A DNA stretch of 64,000 nucleotides from Podarcis melisellensis (GCA_964234715.1 OZ174277.1); one strand, 5' to 3'. Shown: positions 1 through 14,275, counted from the first letter of the stretch. Notes: a model not told the origin generated them from the sequence alone. A program made the numbers and translations.

Positions 1-1192
1 CTTTCAGATATTTTTTCTCACTGCTCTAAGATTCCTGAAGCTAGTACTGATGAGATGACAGACAGAGGGCTGTGTAGCTGCATATGGTTGAAATTTACCT
101 ATATATTAGCTTTGTAATACAGAATGAGATCTCATATTGGCAACCCTCATAACTTCTGGTATTAAACATTGCACTCATTTATTGATTAAATTAATAAATG
201 AACAGTTGTTAATAATCATTGTGACTTATGGGTGTTAATTCGGTAATGTAAGCAACATCAGAGATAACGTTGAATGTTAAAAGATACGGGTGTCACCATT
301 ATGACAGTTCATTCTTTGTTACTCATTTAACAGGAATGCTTTTAATGGAAAGAGCTGCTCATGGGTATTTTGCTGCCTGAAGCTAAAGACAAAGTATCAC
401 CCCCAGCCCATATACAGAAGGCAACCAGACTAGTAGTTTAATATTGGTAACAGGAGCGCACACTACACCAAAACTGAGGGTACCAGGCTAGCCTTCGGGG
501 TGCAGAATAGGCCGCATGACGCATCCAACTCTGTACCTACTCCTTTGCCTTGTCGCCAGCACCGGTCGTCTGAGGTCTCTGCCTCACTTTGCCTCATGAC
601 AGGGCTGACCCCCATCACAAAGCATGTGCTGTGAAACTGTCCTGCTATTTTCAGAGAGAGATCTAGCACCAAGCATGTGCTTCCTTATCTCTGTCGTGTC
701 TGGAAGGGCGCGTGCTGGAAGGGGAATGCAGGCTTCCTGTCCTGCAGAATGAAAGACATCTAAACCACCACCACCACCCCCGGAATCAATGGGCGTGCCT
801 CACTCTGCAGACAATCGCCGCTTTTACTCTCTGCAGCATTTTCAAACACAACCAGGCTGGCTCCTCTTAAAAGCACAGCTACACCGGTTGGTTGAAGAGT
901 CAGCAATCTCACGCAAACCTTTCCGCTTCCCCTCGCCCCACGAACGACGCTCAAATATGTACACATAGAGACACGGTTCGTTTATTGCCATTTTTCAAAG
1001 CGCACTAGGGAAAATAACGCTGAGGATTCTTATGATTCGGAGCCTGCGCCCCTTTATTTCCCCAGCTGTGTGGGGTATTTACCAGGATCACTCCAGCTTT
1101 TTTAGCCACGCCCCTTTCGAATCCAGGAAGGCCCCCAAAGAAAATTCTCCAAGCTCCGCTAATTGCGCTTTGCCCCTTCTAGTACGGATCGC

Positions 1193-1293
1193 CGCGGCAT
1201 TGCGGGAGTTGTAGTCCCCGCGGCCTCCCCTGCGCATCGCGTCGAAGCGGCCTCCCGCCGATAGGAAGACTACAAGCCCCGTGGTGCTTTGCG
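1193..1293. promoter_or_regulatory. Two divergent ZNF143/THAP11-type (ACTACAnnTCCC, SBS) motifs
   Basis: Minus strand 1216-1193 GACTACAACTCCCGCAATGCCGCG; plus strand 1268-1293 GACTACAAGCCCCGTGGTGCTTTGCG; both inside the CpG island. Confidence 0.75.
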
Positions 1294-1573
1294 CGCGAAG
1301 CAGGGCTCGCTCCCTCCGGGTGCGGTCGGCGGCTGGGCCGGAGCGTGTCGCGGGGGCGTCACGTCGGCTGGTCACCCGTGAATAAGAAGGCGAGAGGTGG
1401 GGTTGGGGTGGGGCTGCTGCGCCGTGACGCCCGAGCGACCTCCCAGCCCGCCCGCCTGCCTGCCTGCCCTCGTCGGCGCTCCCCCCTCTCCCCTCCCCCG
1501 GTGCTTCCTCCGCGGTCCTTTGCCTCCTGGGTCCTCTTGCTTGAGAGCGAGCGGGCGCGCGCGGGTGGGGGAA

Positions 1574-1735
1574 ATGGCTGAGACCATCGCGGACACCAGG
1601 CGCCTGATCACGAAGCCGCAGAACCTCAACGACGCCTACGGGCCGCCGAGCAATTTCCTCGAGATCGACGTCTCCAACCCTCAGACGGTGGGGGTGGGCA
1701 GAGGCCGCTTCACCACCTACGACGTGAGGGTCAAG
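1574..1735 (+). CDS. SNX3: Sorting nexin 3, coding exon 1
   Basis: MAETIADTRRLITKPQNLNDAYGPPSNFLEIDVSNPQTVGVGRGRFTTYDVRVK; Kozak gaaATGg; donor AAG|gtgagg; 162 nt. Confidence 0.97.
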
Positions 1736-3071
1736 GTGAGGGATCCCAGCCAGGAGTGGACGGCGGGGGGGGGGGGTCGGCGGATGGATGGGGAATTATG
1801 GGGGGCGGGCCTTGCTGGAGTCTCGGGCTTATCTGCTATGGGGAGCGAGGGTGGAGGTGCCTTGCCTGTGCAACTTCCAAGCAGTAAGGCCTCTTCACTC
1901 CTTCAAATACGTGCCTTGCCTGGCTGGCTGGGTGGGTGTAGCTTAGAAGTGCCTGAGCCAAACTGAAGGGCTTATTTTTACCCCCCACCCTCACACCCTC
2001 TTTCTTTTCCATTTCCCCCCACCCACCCACAATGGAAGGTCAGGGGCATTTCCTCACTGGAGAGCTCACTGATTCCCTGGCACACCTTCAGAGAAGATGC
2101 TGCAGCTCCATATACATAACCAATATGTCGTTAGCACTCTGATCTGGCAAGCTGAGCTGAGGTTGACAGTGACATCCTGTGCAGTTGAGGGTGGGGGAGG
2201 GGTGTGTGTGTGTGTGTAGGGAGAGATCTTTTAAGCTGTTCATTTTCTCAGTATCTTCTAGTGTTGATTCCTATATGAATGCCGTTAGCACCATATTCAT
2301 ACAGAATGAAAGGTCTGATGCAGAGCCTGCGCATGCCAAGGTTCTTGAATGCACACGTAGATCCCAATTTGGCTTCCTTCAGATGCTTGTAACTGGAACT
2401 GTGTGTGTGTTTCAATGTTCCTTATCTCTGCAGTCCAGAAATGCAGTGTGCTTCAGCCTTGGTGCTGTTCCATACTGGCCCCATGTCTCTCATCACACAC
2501 CAGAGTTATGCTAAGTAGTCTGTGTAGCTGGCTTCCCATACTCATTGTTTGTGTGGTCTCCATGATATGGCTGTACTTTGGTTAGTCACAATACTCTTAT
2601 GGGTACCTACTGATATGTGAGAACAAAGAAAACTGCTGTGAGAAGGGCCTCCAGTGACCAGTGATACATCCTTCAAAAGCTTTAAATTGTGATGCTTCCC
2701 TACATAATGTCTAGTAACTGGTAGTAGTCACTGCCTCTGAACAATTATGGTAATTCTTTTGGTCCACTTTTCATGTTACTGCATTTGTACTCTGCCTTTA
2801 ACTGCAAAAGGAAGCCCACAGCAGCCTTATACATTAAGGAAATACATTGTTCTCTGATTCTCACTCTCATGTGATAATAACATTCTCTGCATTCCTATAA
2901 CTTAAAGGCTAACCAGGGAATTTATTCTCTGGTGGAATACCTCGAATTCATAGTTTTAACTGTGTCTACATGATAACAAAAAGATAATCTCAAGGTTGTG
3001 CAGCTGACAGAGTTAAGATAGTGCCATCTCATTCTTTGGGGAAGGCTTTAAGGTCTTCTATAAATGCAGTA

Positions 3072-3301
3072 CAGTGGTATCTCGGGTTACAGACACTTCA
3101 GGTTACAGACGCTTCAGGTTACAGACTCCGCTAACTCAGAAATAGTACCTTGGGTTAAGAACCTTGCTTCGGATGAGAACAGAAATCGTGCAGCGGCAGC
3201 GGGAGGCCCCATTAGCTGAAGTGGTACCTCAGGTTAAGAACAGTTTCAGGTTAAGAATGGACTTCCAGAACGAATTAAGTTCTTAACCTGAGGTACCACT
3301 G
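3072..3301. mobile_element. Tc1/mariner (Tigger/pogo-like) MITE, family A
   Basis: TIRs CAGTGGTATCTCGGGTTA...TAACCTGAGGTACCACTG; TA on both sides; internal CAGGTTA repeats. Confidence 0.85.
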
Positions 3302-4581
3302 TAGTGGATCAGGGCCCACCACTTGTCTCTTGTGGGTTTTAGACAACCTGGCAGGAGAAAACAAGGATTTATCTTTGTTTTCTCTTTCCCTCTCCCACTT
3401 TTCAGGTAATGGAACAACTGTCATGCAAGGGTTGAGGAAGTAATAATTTTACGTTACATCTCCTTGAATGTACAGTTCTTGAATTTATTAAGAATGACAC
3501 TTTGTCTGAAGGTGTTTTCCACTGTCGTTTGTTTATCAATTTGTTCTTCCTTTTATAATAAATGTTGTAAAAGTAGGTTCGATCTGAAACAAGTAACAAA
3601 TTTCTTGTTGCTTCTATTTACTCTGGACCAGGTTGTGCATTTTTAACAAAGCTGAGGGTGATAATGTAAACTAGAGCCATTGGACAATATGTTTATGGAT
3701 TGCTGAAAGTAAGTAAGGTCTAGGGTAATAGATGGCCTAATGTTATCTTAACTGATTGTGTACATAAGTGGGACTGGAGAAAGAATGTATGTGTTTAGGT
3801 TGTGTAGGTTAGATAACTCAAAGAGAGGGAGCCATAGCACATTGCTTCACATTCCAAAGGTCCTGAATTCAATCCCTTCCATTGCCAGTTGAAAAACTCT
3901 TGATGTGGTAGGGCTGGGAAGACCTCTTCCTAAGATCTTGGGAGAGCTGCTGCCGCCAGTTAGTGTAGAGGGTACTAGATCATTGACCAGTACAGTAATT
4001 AGGAATAAGGTAGTTTAATGAATTGAGGAAGAACTTTTGCTTGAGGATGTGCCAGTGTGGGAAAATTTTACTGAATACAGTCATGTTTTCCTTTTAATCC
4101 ATTAGATTGCTTCTTTGGCACTTGGTTGTCTGTGCAGGCCTGCATGTCACTCGTATCCTGTTCCAGCTGAAAGGCTCGATGTTTTTAACTGATCCAGTTG
4201 ATGAACTATGCAGTGTAGGCTCTTAGATAGCAAGGTATAACCCATGCCTTCAGAAAATGCTTATGTATGAACTGTGGAGGAACTAGTTGGCGGATATTGC
4301 CTACTTTGGGTACTAACTGGCACTCACACTAGTGAATTGTGCCTGGCAGTGCCAACCTCAGTGCACCTCTACAATATGCCCTTCTAGTACTACCCCATCA
4401 CAAGACTTGTTGATGTTGTGTACCAGTTGCTGGAGCTGCCTTGAAAGTATTATCATGAAGAATTTGAATGACCAAATTGTCAGATCAAAATATAAGACTG
4501 CACCCCCTTCAGCAGATGGTGATAGCAAAAAGAATTTCTTGCTGTTTATTAATTTATTTTCATTGCCACGCCATGACTACC

Positions 4582-4742
4582 GTGGGCGTAGCCTGGGGGG
4601 CAGCAGCCCCCACATCAAGTAAAACAGTAGAAATACTTAACTAACTGACTAATCACGTTGGTTCTGCCCCCTCCCTAACAAAAGTCCTGTCCCCCCCAAC
4701 CAAGTCCTGCCCCTCCTAACAAAAATCCTGGCTACATCCATG
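4582..4742. mobile_element. hAT-like non-autonomous element (GGGCGTAGCC end)
   Basis: Shares the AAATACTTAACTAACTGAC core with the opposite-orientation copy at about 44709-44863. Confidence 0.55.
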
Positions 4743-5677
4743 ATGACTACTAAGAACACGCTGGCCCAATAGTGGTTCCTAAAACAGCAAAGTTGTGATG
4801 CGTGGGGACCATGAAATGCTTGGAGGACTACAGTTTGCCTTGCAAATGAATTGGTTTCACCTGGACTTAGTTTCAGTGACTTCCTTGCATTTAGCCTGCT
4901 TCATTGCATTTAACCAGACTTCATTACGTTTGTATCTTGCCTTTTCTCTTCAAGGTTAAGAGCCTGTTGTGAAGAGGGTTATCCCATTTCATTTTCACAG
5001 TCCTATAATGTGGGAGAAATGTGGTATCGCCCAAGGCAAACACTATTTCAGTGTTTCTCAACCACCGCCTTGAGCCATGTTCAGGTGGGCCTTCAGTACC
5101 TGAGCCAGCCCAGTACCTCACCTGCCTATCCTGTCTTCTGGTCAGGTCATTCCCTTATGGTTAGACCAGGGCCAACACCAGCAACTCCCTGCATGCTGAG
5201 CAAAGGTGGCCGAGAGACAGAAGTTTGGTATGCGGGGGAGGGGGGAGAAGGATCTCCTCCTTCTGAGGGGAAAGGGCCCAGAGGAAGTGTTGAAGGAAAT
5301 TAGAAACTGAGATAACAAGATGGTTGTTGTTATTATTATTATTACTACTATTGGAAAAACCCACCGGTTCACACACAACACACTAAACACTGGTGAAATG
5401 TTCTTAGATGCAGCTTCAAGGAAACTGGAAATTTTCACTTCAGTTTTAGATTACTCCAGACTGGTTAATCTTAACTATAGCTTGCTGAAACAAGTCAGCT
5501 TCCTAATCCATGAGTTAAAGGTGGTTTGCTCAAACAGACCATAGGTAAGAGTAACCACAGTTTGAGTCCAGATGATATGGCAAGATGTGTTTCATATAAA
5601 ACAGAAGTGAAAGCTTTTGAACCTGTGATCATTGCTGGGGGTGGTGTGGTGAACATATATGTGAGGTTTGCCTAGGC

Positions 5678-5812
5678 CAGGCATGGCCAAACTTGACCCT
5701 CCAGATGTTTTGGGACTACAATTCCCATCTTCCCTGGCCACTAGTCCTGTTAGCTAGGGATGGTGGGAGTTGTAGTCCCAACACATCTGGAGGGCCAAGT
5801 TTGGCCATGCCG
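5678..5812. mobile_element. Palindromic hAT-type MITE
   Basis: CAGGCATGGCCAAACTTG...CAAGTTTGGCCATGCC; whole element is fold-back; 8-bp TSD gcctaggc/gactaggc. Confidence 0.8.
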
Positions 5813-8800
5813 GACTAGGCTCATCTTGGCCTTCATCATCATGAATGTTGTGGACCACAACACCCATCATCCCTCAATGCTGGCCATGCTGACCAAAGCT
5901 GATGGGAATTAGAGTTCAATAACATCTGGAGGGCCCCATGTTGAAGAAAACTGCTGTAACTATGGCTTAGCATCACATCTGAAGCAGCCAGTGATTGATG
6001 ATTCCTAACAAGCTTTGGTTGATGTGCCTGCCTGCTAAATCTACTCTCCCCAGCTCCTGAGCCACCAAACTAATGGGAAATGAGGTTTTTTTTTTTATTG
6101 CTTTTATGCTGTTGGTGCTGTTTCTATGGGAAGATCTTTAAGTGTCTCAGAATCCCAAGGCTAAAACTAATTTGTAGACCACACTTGATTTGAGAGCTTG
6201 GAAGGTATCAACAACGTGAATTTGCACGTAACTTGAGTACATTGCTTTCACAAAAGACAAGGACAGATGCATTTCTAAGACTAAACTAAAAGTTACTATT
6301 GAGCCTTTCTAATGGAAGCTCCTTTTTACTTGGCAAGCCTCAGATTAGATACTTAAAAGCTATTATATATTGCATTTACCACTTAACCTGTATTAACTTT
6401 TAATATAAAGCACGTAGATTTAATCTTTCATGTTCACAATTTTTTAGAAATAAATTGCTGCCTTAAACACTCCACCTAAGAAAAGCTTCATTGAATTGGC
6501 TTAATGCTCTAACTAAACACACATCCTGTTTGTACCCTTTTTGGCTTTCCATTATTAACGAATCCAGGCGCTGAAGAAATTGAAGGTGAGGAAGGCATAA
6601 AAGTCCACTTTAACAGCACTTTAGGATTTCTTCTTATCTGAAATGGATGAGAACTGTAACTGCAGATTAGTAGTGGGTGGGGTGAGCTTTCAGTTAGAGC
6701 GGTTCTTTGCACACATCAGTGGCGTTGTTTTGTGGTACTGTGGCAAGTGCATGCTTTCTTATGGAGCTGCACTCCTAAAATAGTGGATTCAAAACACTTG
6801 CTTTCATTGGGTTTAGACCAAAGCATTGTGAGACAAAGGGTGAGATGGCACCTTCCTCCCATTCCGTTGTGTGAAGTGGGAAAGGAGAAGGTTTAGAGTG
6901 GGGCACCATTCCTGGCACAACGAGAAACTCTTGAATTGTCTCAGTCCTCTCTGAGACTAGAACTTTTCTGTCTCTCAAAGCCATTTAGGCTTTCCCAATA
7001 TATTCTTGTCTATTCAGAAGTGCACAGGATTGCAGTCTTCCATTCAAATTTGTGAAAAGGATCGAATCCTGAAAAGGATCTGATCTGCACCACTCACATT
7101 TATTTGGTCTCTAGCATATATCCGTGTTTCTCTACTGTTGTATTTCCAGCTCTGCTTTGACTTGGAAGATTGCACTGTAGTCAGATAAAAAAATTTGGTT
7201 CTACTAAATGCTCCTTTTGAGTGAGTAATATTTTGTTTACAGTGAAAACCGTAGAGGTCAGGTATTCCCCATTGACAGTGACAAGCATGAAATATGAAAT
7301 GCCACTCTAAACAACAAAGTTGCTCTCAAATCATGAAGCATACAGTTGATTAGTTAAAAACTAGAGTAGGAATTGAGTCACTTGTCTACTTTCACTTCTT
7401 CCATCAAGCAAAGGTACCCTAGATTGATGCAACAGAAATATCATTGTAATAGAATATTGCTTCAAGTGGTTTATACCACAAAGATTAAACAGCACTAAGA
7501 GTCAGATGTTTTAACAGTGTAGCAGCAGATGGTTCATTCTGTCATCACAAGCCTGGCTGGATTGATTTAGATCAAGGAGAGTTAAATGGCAAGAAAAAAG
7601 GCCAAAATATACCATTGATTTAAATCAGAGTTTTCCACTTACTTAGATATTTCCTATGTAAAAGTGCATGCAAACTGGTTACTATAATCTTAAACGTTGA
7701 TTTTAAACTTTAGAGCCTTTATATAACCTTGAAGACTGCACTGTTTTTCCTATTATTTAGAAAATGATGAATAATTGCTTTTTTCCAAATAACTCATAAT
7801 CCTGTCACACTGCATTAAAATTGCTTGCATCATGAATACAGAAGAATTAAGCCAATTATCAAGCAAGTTTTAAGGTCACTTAGCTGCTTTGGTGGGTGAA
7901 GCTTGTGACTTGCCAGTCCACCAGTATCAATGTCATGTACTTGTATGATGACTGACAAAGTTAGTTTTTTCACAATTCATTCCCTTTAAAGAAAAGTAGT
8001 TGTTCATAAGAGGATCATAGAGTTTTAAAGAGTTTAAAGTTCAGGTTAGTTTTAAAATATTGTAGCTTAAACACTAACAATCAAATCAAATAGTTTTATT
8101 TTTTTATTTTTGTCAGCATCTTTTGTAGAAGTTGCATTCTGATCAAATGCAACAAATGCTACAAAGGAGAAAAGTATATGTCTGAATTGGGATTAGAAGA
8201 AATATACCTTCGTGCTGCTGATGTGTTAATGCCTTGGCATGTCATAGAACTACACAATCTTTCTTAGAGTTGCAAGGTGGGATAAAATGTTCATCTCTGA
8301 ATCGAACAAAAGTGTCTGATTCCACTGATATAAGATATACTGTCCTAGAACCAGGTATTTTCCTTTCAGGTTACTCTTCCAGTTACTGTGTTCTTCCAAA
8401 CTGGGTGATATGGGTGCATGTTTCTTTCTCTCAATTGTCCTGAGTCAAATGATCTCTTTAAGAACGGAGTTTCAGGTTAATTAAATTGTCATTGGAATGA
8501 TGCTCTTGCAAATTCTGCTGATTTGAGGGGCCAAGCTGAACAGTTCTATACCCTCGATATTTCCTTCTGCTTTTTCTTTCCTTCCTTTTCTGCTGTTCAG
8601 CAACTTTGAAGAGCCAAGTGAAAGTCTTTCTGGAGAGATGCGGGTGGCAACAATATTAAGCAACACTTACTTGAGCATGTGCTTGCTCTGTCTGAAGTAT
8701 ACTTAGTCATGGGATAGAAGTCCCTGGGGTATTATTTTTATTTCAATTTGTATGCTCCTTTTCCATTTTAACGAGGCCCAGTGTGGCTCACAACACAAAT

Positions 8801-11019
8801 GCAATCAATACATCATGACACTCAAATAGTAAATAATTTCAAAAAGTAATATATTGAATAATTCACTTTGGTGATAGAAAAATAATGTAAAGCTATACTT
8901 ATGTAAATACTAAGGAGGGAATTTGATGTTTTGCTAAGATTATCGTTCTGTCGGGCAAGTTGAGCTTGTCAGACAGAATGATCCCTCCCCTCTGCACTGC
9001 TCTGGGGAGTCGCTTAACTCCACAGCCAGTCGCAGGGTGGGGTGGGGAGTTTGCAAGGAGAGGGGAAAGCCCCATTGTGCAAGCAGAAGTCCTTGCACAG
9101 CTGACATGACTCATTAGTTGAATCCTACCCTAAGTGTTTTCAGTGTTTATACTAAAATTCTCTGGCCTTTTAAGAAGGGACTTCCTGAAAACACTTTAGA
9201 CCTGTTCTTCAACTGATTATACACTTGGAAGAATGTACAATCAGCTGGTAAATTAACTGAAGCAACTTCATAATGATTTTCTAGATATCAAGAAAAATTG
9301 TGACTTTTCATGGTTGAGGCCAGACCATTTAGTGTTGCCAGAAATTATTTCTAATCAATTAATGTAAAAAGACCTTGGTTTTCTCTGAGATAAAGAAAGT
9401 ACGATTCCATACAGCTGCTAAGTACACGGAACCCTATGACTCTCCTATTTGGCAGTGGGGAACCTCTGGTCCACGGGCCACACCCACCTGCCCCACACCT
9501 CATGTTAGGTGGCTGAGGCAAAAGGGGGTTTGCAGGCACCACTGATAAGTTATTCGGCAGCCCCTGCAAAGACCTTTGCAAGGTGCTTTGAAGCCCTGAC
9601 TACCAGCAAATAGTCACCAATTTCTACAGAATCAATTAATGGCTTTTGCTTGGGACCTCCATTCCAGAATCTGTTCTCTAACATGGGTCAATAATTCAAT
9701 ATGAATAAAAGTTTGAAAACGTGGATCTGTTCTAGACAAATGCTTAAATGACCATTAGGCTGTGAAGTCTCCTCGACCTGTGTTAGAGGATAATATAACT
9801 GGTGGCTTGTTGGGTGGGCTGACAGCTGCTCCTACATGGGTAAGGCCACTTAGCAGATTAAAAATATTCCGTTGGAGATCAGTGGTCCAGAGTCCATCAG
9901 CAGGATGCCACACATCACACACCTTCCTTTTTTCAGAAGGATTGTGAGCTTTCTTGCAAGCAGGTCTGAATGCCACCCCTGCTGTTAAAAACAGTACAAG
10001 GCAGATGTGTTATTACAGAGTTGTTGTGATATGACGTGAGGTGAAGGAAGTCTGCACAGAGAAGCAGTTCAGCCCGTGTGTTGACAGCATTAAGTGGAAC
10101 TGTCCCTGGAGGCTGGAGTCCTCTTCAGAATTGAGCAACTGTAGTGATGGATCTAGCAAAACAGAAGTGCGAAGGGACCATCCCCTTCTTGATGACTCAG
10201 CTGTTAGGCAAGCGTGTGCTTGTTGTGAGTCTCGGAAGCTCCTTTTTCCTGTCATTGGTTAGTATACCTTGAGTGGTCTTACATCTCTGGTGGTTTTCTC
10301 TCTTCCTCCTCCTCCTTCCCCCAGAATATGGTAGGTGGCTATCCTTTGGCCATGGCTGGAGCTAGCATGCTCAATAGCTAGGCTATTGGAGGGCTTATAT
10401 TGGGAAGGGGATTTCTTAGGAGTAGCTTTGCAGCTTTTAAGTGCTTCTACATCAGCGGTGGGTTGGTTGAGCTACGGTGCCTGGAGCTGAGGGGTGACGT
10501 TTCAACATCTGCAGGGCCACCAAAGCTTTTGAGAATTTCTGCATATGCAGGTATCATTACATGTGTCTAGCAGGTCACAGACAGTTTTGCAGACAAAAAA
10601 GTTTGCATCTCTACTGACACTGAAGTCAACACAGAAGAGGTGTTAATATTCTCTTCTGATTGGTTTTTATTGGATAAGCGTCAATTACTGACACTCAAGG
10701 TTGTGGACAAGATGCTTGTTCTGATTCTCTTGCAACTTTCATGCAGCTTACCCCAGGAGAGACGTCGGGGGAGGAATGTAATAATTGTTGTTTTCCCAGA
10801 CTGCTTAGCCATGTTTGGTACCATTGGTCCTGGTAGCCCCCTGATCCAACTGGGGTTCTGAGTAGGGAACATTGCTTTGCAGTAGTTCCGCTCATACTTC
10901 ACCCGCAGATCCCTGGGAGCCTTCATGCAACATTCTGTAAAAGTTCCATTCAGTCTCTCATTCCTTAACTTTCATATTACACTTCTGGTGAAGGATTTCT
11001 GAAATGTGTATTTTCAGTG

Positions 11020-11160
11020 GATTATCATTGGTATCTTAATGATGCCCAGCTGTTACTCCTTTCCATCTTAATCAAGTATGATGGTAGTCCTTGAATGACC
11101 GACCACCTGAGGCCTATGATGGGTTGGATGGAGGAGAAATAAGCAGAAACAATCCATGTA
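11020..11160 (+). mobile_element. Highly decayed L2 RT fragment
   Basis: Y..DAQL and MGWMEEN-like remnants of the YADD...WMRENKL region. Confidence 0.4.
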
Positions 11161-12789
11161 TGAAGGAGTTTCTTTTAATGGACAAAAGTGGTTGAACTGT
11201 CTGTTTGAGAAGAGATTTCACTCCTAAACTGTTGACCTGCATTTTAAAGGGAATGCAGTTTGTGCCTCCTGGATTCTCAGAGGCTATTGCTTGAGAATTT
11301 TATTTGCTGCCTCTGTTGTGCCAGCTGCCATGGTGACCTTTTTACTAGAGCAGTCATTTCCAAACTTTTCCCCAAGGGCCACTTGAAAAATTGCAGAGGG
11401 TCCTGGAGGACCGCTTAATGCTTTTTCAGCCTATTGTAGCAACCATACTCTACTGTGCTAGATGCTGCATGGTTTTTCATTGTATTTTTACAGATGCACC
11501 ACAGACAACTTGAATGAAACTCACAGACTACTGATGGTCTATAGACCACAGTTTGGGAGCCCCTGGATGCAGTAAGGAAATTTCAGTTGATATAGAATGA
11601 GGTAGCCCAGTAGGTTGTTGGTTTCCGGGAGTATACAAAATTTAATATTTGCAAGAATTCAGCTAGCTATCTGTTAGAGCAGATAGCTTCTCAAAAGCTT
11701 TAAAGAACCCACATTAGATACACCTTCAGATATCTTCATCTGATTGCTGACTTCCAGTAAGGAATCTCTTTGCAGATGCAACTTACATAAGAGGCTGGAT
11801 TGCCCTTGACAGCTGGCAGAACATTCTGTTGGTGCCCCGCACTTCATTGAGTTGATCTATCCCTAGTTATCTACTAGGATTTGAGAGTCAGGCCACTTAC
11901 ACTGTGAGTGCTTAAGACTTTTAGCCTCCTAAATGTGCCACTGCTGTTTGATTTCTGGTATTGTTCCTGCTGCAGATTTCTCCCGTAGCCTGAATTTTGA
12001 AATACGGTATTAGCTGCCATTTACCATTGTTTATCTGCTCTTTGCTTTATGGTGACATTGTGCTGATGGTTGCCATTGTTGGATTTTAAATTGCTTTGAT
12101 GTACTCCATGCTGGGATCACTTAAGATGAAGGACAGGTAAGAAATAATTCAAATTAAGAAACGTGGGAGAGGGTAGACACAGGGAGGAGAGAAATCTCTT
12201 TTCTGTAGACGATTGCAAAGGCATAAATTCAACCTTCCTGTACTTGATGAAACCTTTGAAGCTCTGCTTACACTTGTTTCTTGTAATTTTGCACCATTCT
12301 GAACAATCGTGACCTTGACCAACGTGATACTGAATGTCTGTCACATTAGGCCCTTGGTTATAGCAGGCTTTTAGCCTGCAAGGCTACTATACTCGCCAAA
12401 AATATGCTGTAGTCCTTGTTAACAATATGTGTGGCCCTCTGGGATTCTGATATGTACAGTGTTCTAAACTGTGGTTAATGTCAAGAATTTAAAATCCCTC
12501 TGTGTGAGCCTTATTTCTCTTTTAATGACTAAGGCTTATTATCACTGTGGCAAATGTCCAAATAACTTCCCAATCCAAAATATTGGCTTGATGGGCGACA
12601 TGAACACCCTCCAAAGGCTGCCTCCACATAAATAAAACATGTACAAATTTGTTGAATAGGTGACAGAATGGGTACCCAGTGGTAAAAGTTTATGGAAGCT
12701 CTGCAAGTTAGCCTCTAGTACGGCTGTTATGGATTTGCCCTGAAGTACTCCTGTGGGCAGTTTGAACTTCCTTTTTGTAATGCCTCTAG

Positions 12790-12925
12790 CAGCCTTTCTC
12801 AACCTTGGGTCCCCAGATGTTGTTGAACTACAACTCCCATCACCCCTAGCTAGCAAGGCCAGAGCTCAGGGATGATTGGAGTTGTAGTCCAACAACATCT
12901 GAGGACCCAAGGTTGAGAAACATTG
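12790..12925. mobile_element. Palindromic hAT-type MITE
   Basis: Fold-back TTTCTCAACCTTGGGTCC...GGACCCAAGGTTGAGAAA with ACTACAACTCCC core. Confidence 0.75.
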
Positions 12926-14275
12926 CTTAGAGTTTAAGACCTGGAAACGCTAATTCTGAGAATTCTACCAATTCTCTTACAAACGTCTCTTCTATCCCCG
13001 TAATCATGGGTTTGGCAACACACATTTGGCAAAGTGATTCAAGGTTATTTTTCTATCATAAGTATCTGGTAGCGTTGCTGATCAGTCAGTGGAAATATCA
13101 CACAATCGTGATGAATACCCTTTCGCTTCTAATAATTCAGAATGGCATCTTGTATCAAAGCCCAATCTATGAGTACTTGATCTTTCTAGTGCTGTGTTTG
13201 TATAGGCTACAATCAGTTAGCACTTATTCTAGTTATCTTTTAGGAAAAGGGCCTTTTTTAGAACCTCCCTTCGGTTTCATATCTCAGAACCTATTAAAGG
13301 GCTTCTTGTTGCTGTACATCATTTTGACTTTCCCACTTGCATCATCTTATGGCATGTTATGCAAGATGGAAAAAACTCAGGTTTGGGAGGAACTGATTAA
13401 TATACCTTCCATTTTTAAAATGGAACTACCATTGATGGTGTGTTAAGGGTTGTTGACTCATGAAGAGAGTAGCATAAGAGAACTCTCGACTCATCTAGAT
13501 AATTTCACTCCGTCCTCCAGTGCTTGCCATGCACTTAAAAGGAAGGTCAGTTTTGAATCTGGTTTTATATATTGTAACATCTTTGCATAGTATTTGAAAA
13601 AGGAATCTTGCCACTTCAACATGTTGGGAAGTGATGATGCTGGTCAGTGGTGGTGGTGGTATGTTTCCAACATGCATAACAGATACAAGTAAAGGTGTAT
13701 AAATGAAGATCAGGGTGGGGGGGCGGACTGGCTTTTCCAGATGGAAATTCTCCTTGGGGGGTGAGTATGTGATGGCCCACATAAAAGCACATTTTTAAAT
13801 TTATTTGTTGAAAGATATCGCCCCACCTGTTAGTCAAGACGGATGAGTGGCTTACAAAAATGCTTTGGCTCCCTCTTAAATGTAAACCTTTTTAACAACA
13901 ATCACATCTCTTTAGCAGACTTAAGAAAGGTTCACCAGGTATCCAAATAATGTTAACCAGAGAGAATCTGCCAGCAGGAGGCAGTAGAAGAGCATTGTAA
14001 CTTCTCCTAAACTCCTTCATAAAGTGTAGGTGGCACATGCAAGAGAGTCTCAGATATGCTTGTTTTACACCATACACTTCTGCCTGATAGCTAACTATAG
14101 AAAGTTTACTGGAGCACCTGGTTGCTTTTAGAAACACCCACACCTCCCTGTTGGCAACTGAGTTGTAGGAAGGCTAGCTACTATGAAGGTGGCATCAAAA
14201 TTGGTGTAAGTTACACGATGGCTTTGTCCAGAGACTCTTCAGGGAGTCTTTTCTTGCAGGTGTGTTATAGATTTA

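Larger units (their letters stand above)
1100..1850. promoter_or_regulatory. CpG island / SNX3 promoter
   Basis: GC- and CpG-dense stretch around SNX3 exon 1; boundaries approximate. Confidence 0.85.

Noticed and set aside
463-966. Minus-strand ORFs as AFG1L/LACE1 exon 1
   Set aside because: No recognisable similarity to AFG1L; synteny alone is insufficient.
1397-1966. 189-aa ORF as a single-exon protein
   Set aside because: Only 1574-1735 is SNX3; the rest is 5' UTR and intron read-through past a clear donor.
10000-10950. Cluster of short ORFs suggesting a retro-pseudogene or decayed retroelement
   Set aside because: No motif I could identify with confidence; a tblastx or RepeatMasker run would be needed.
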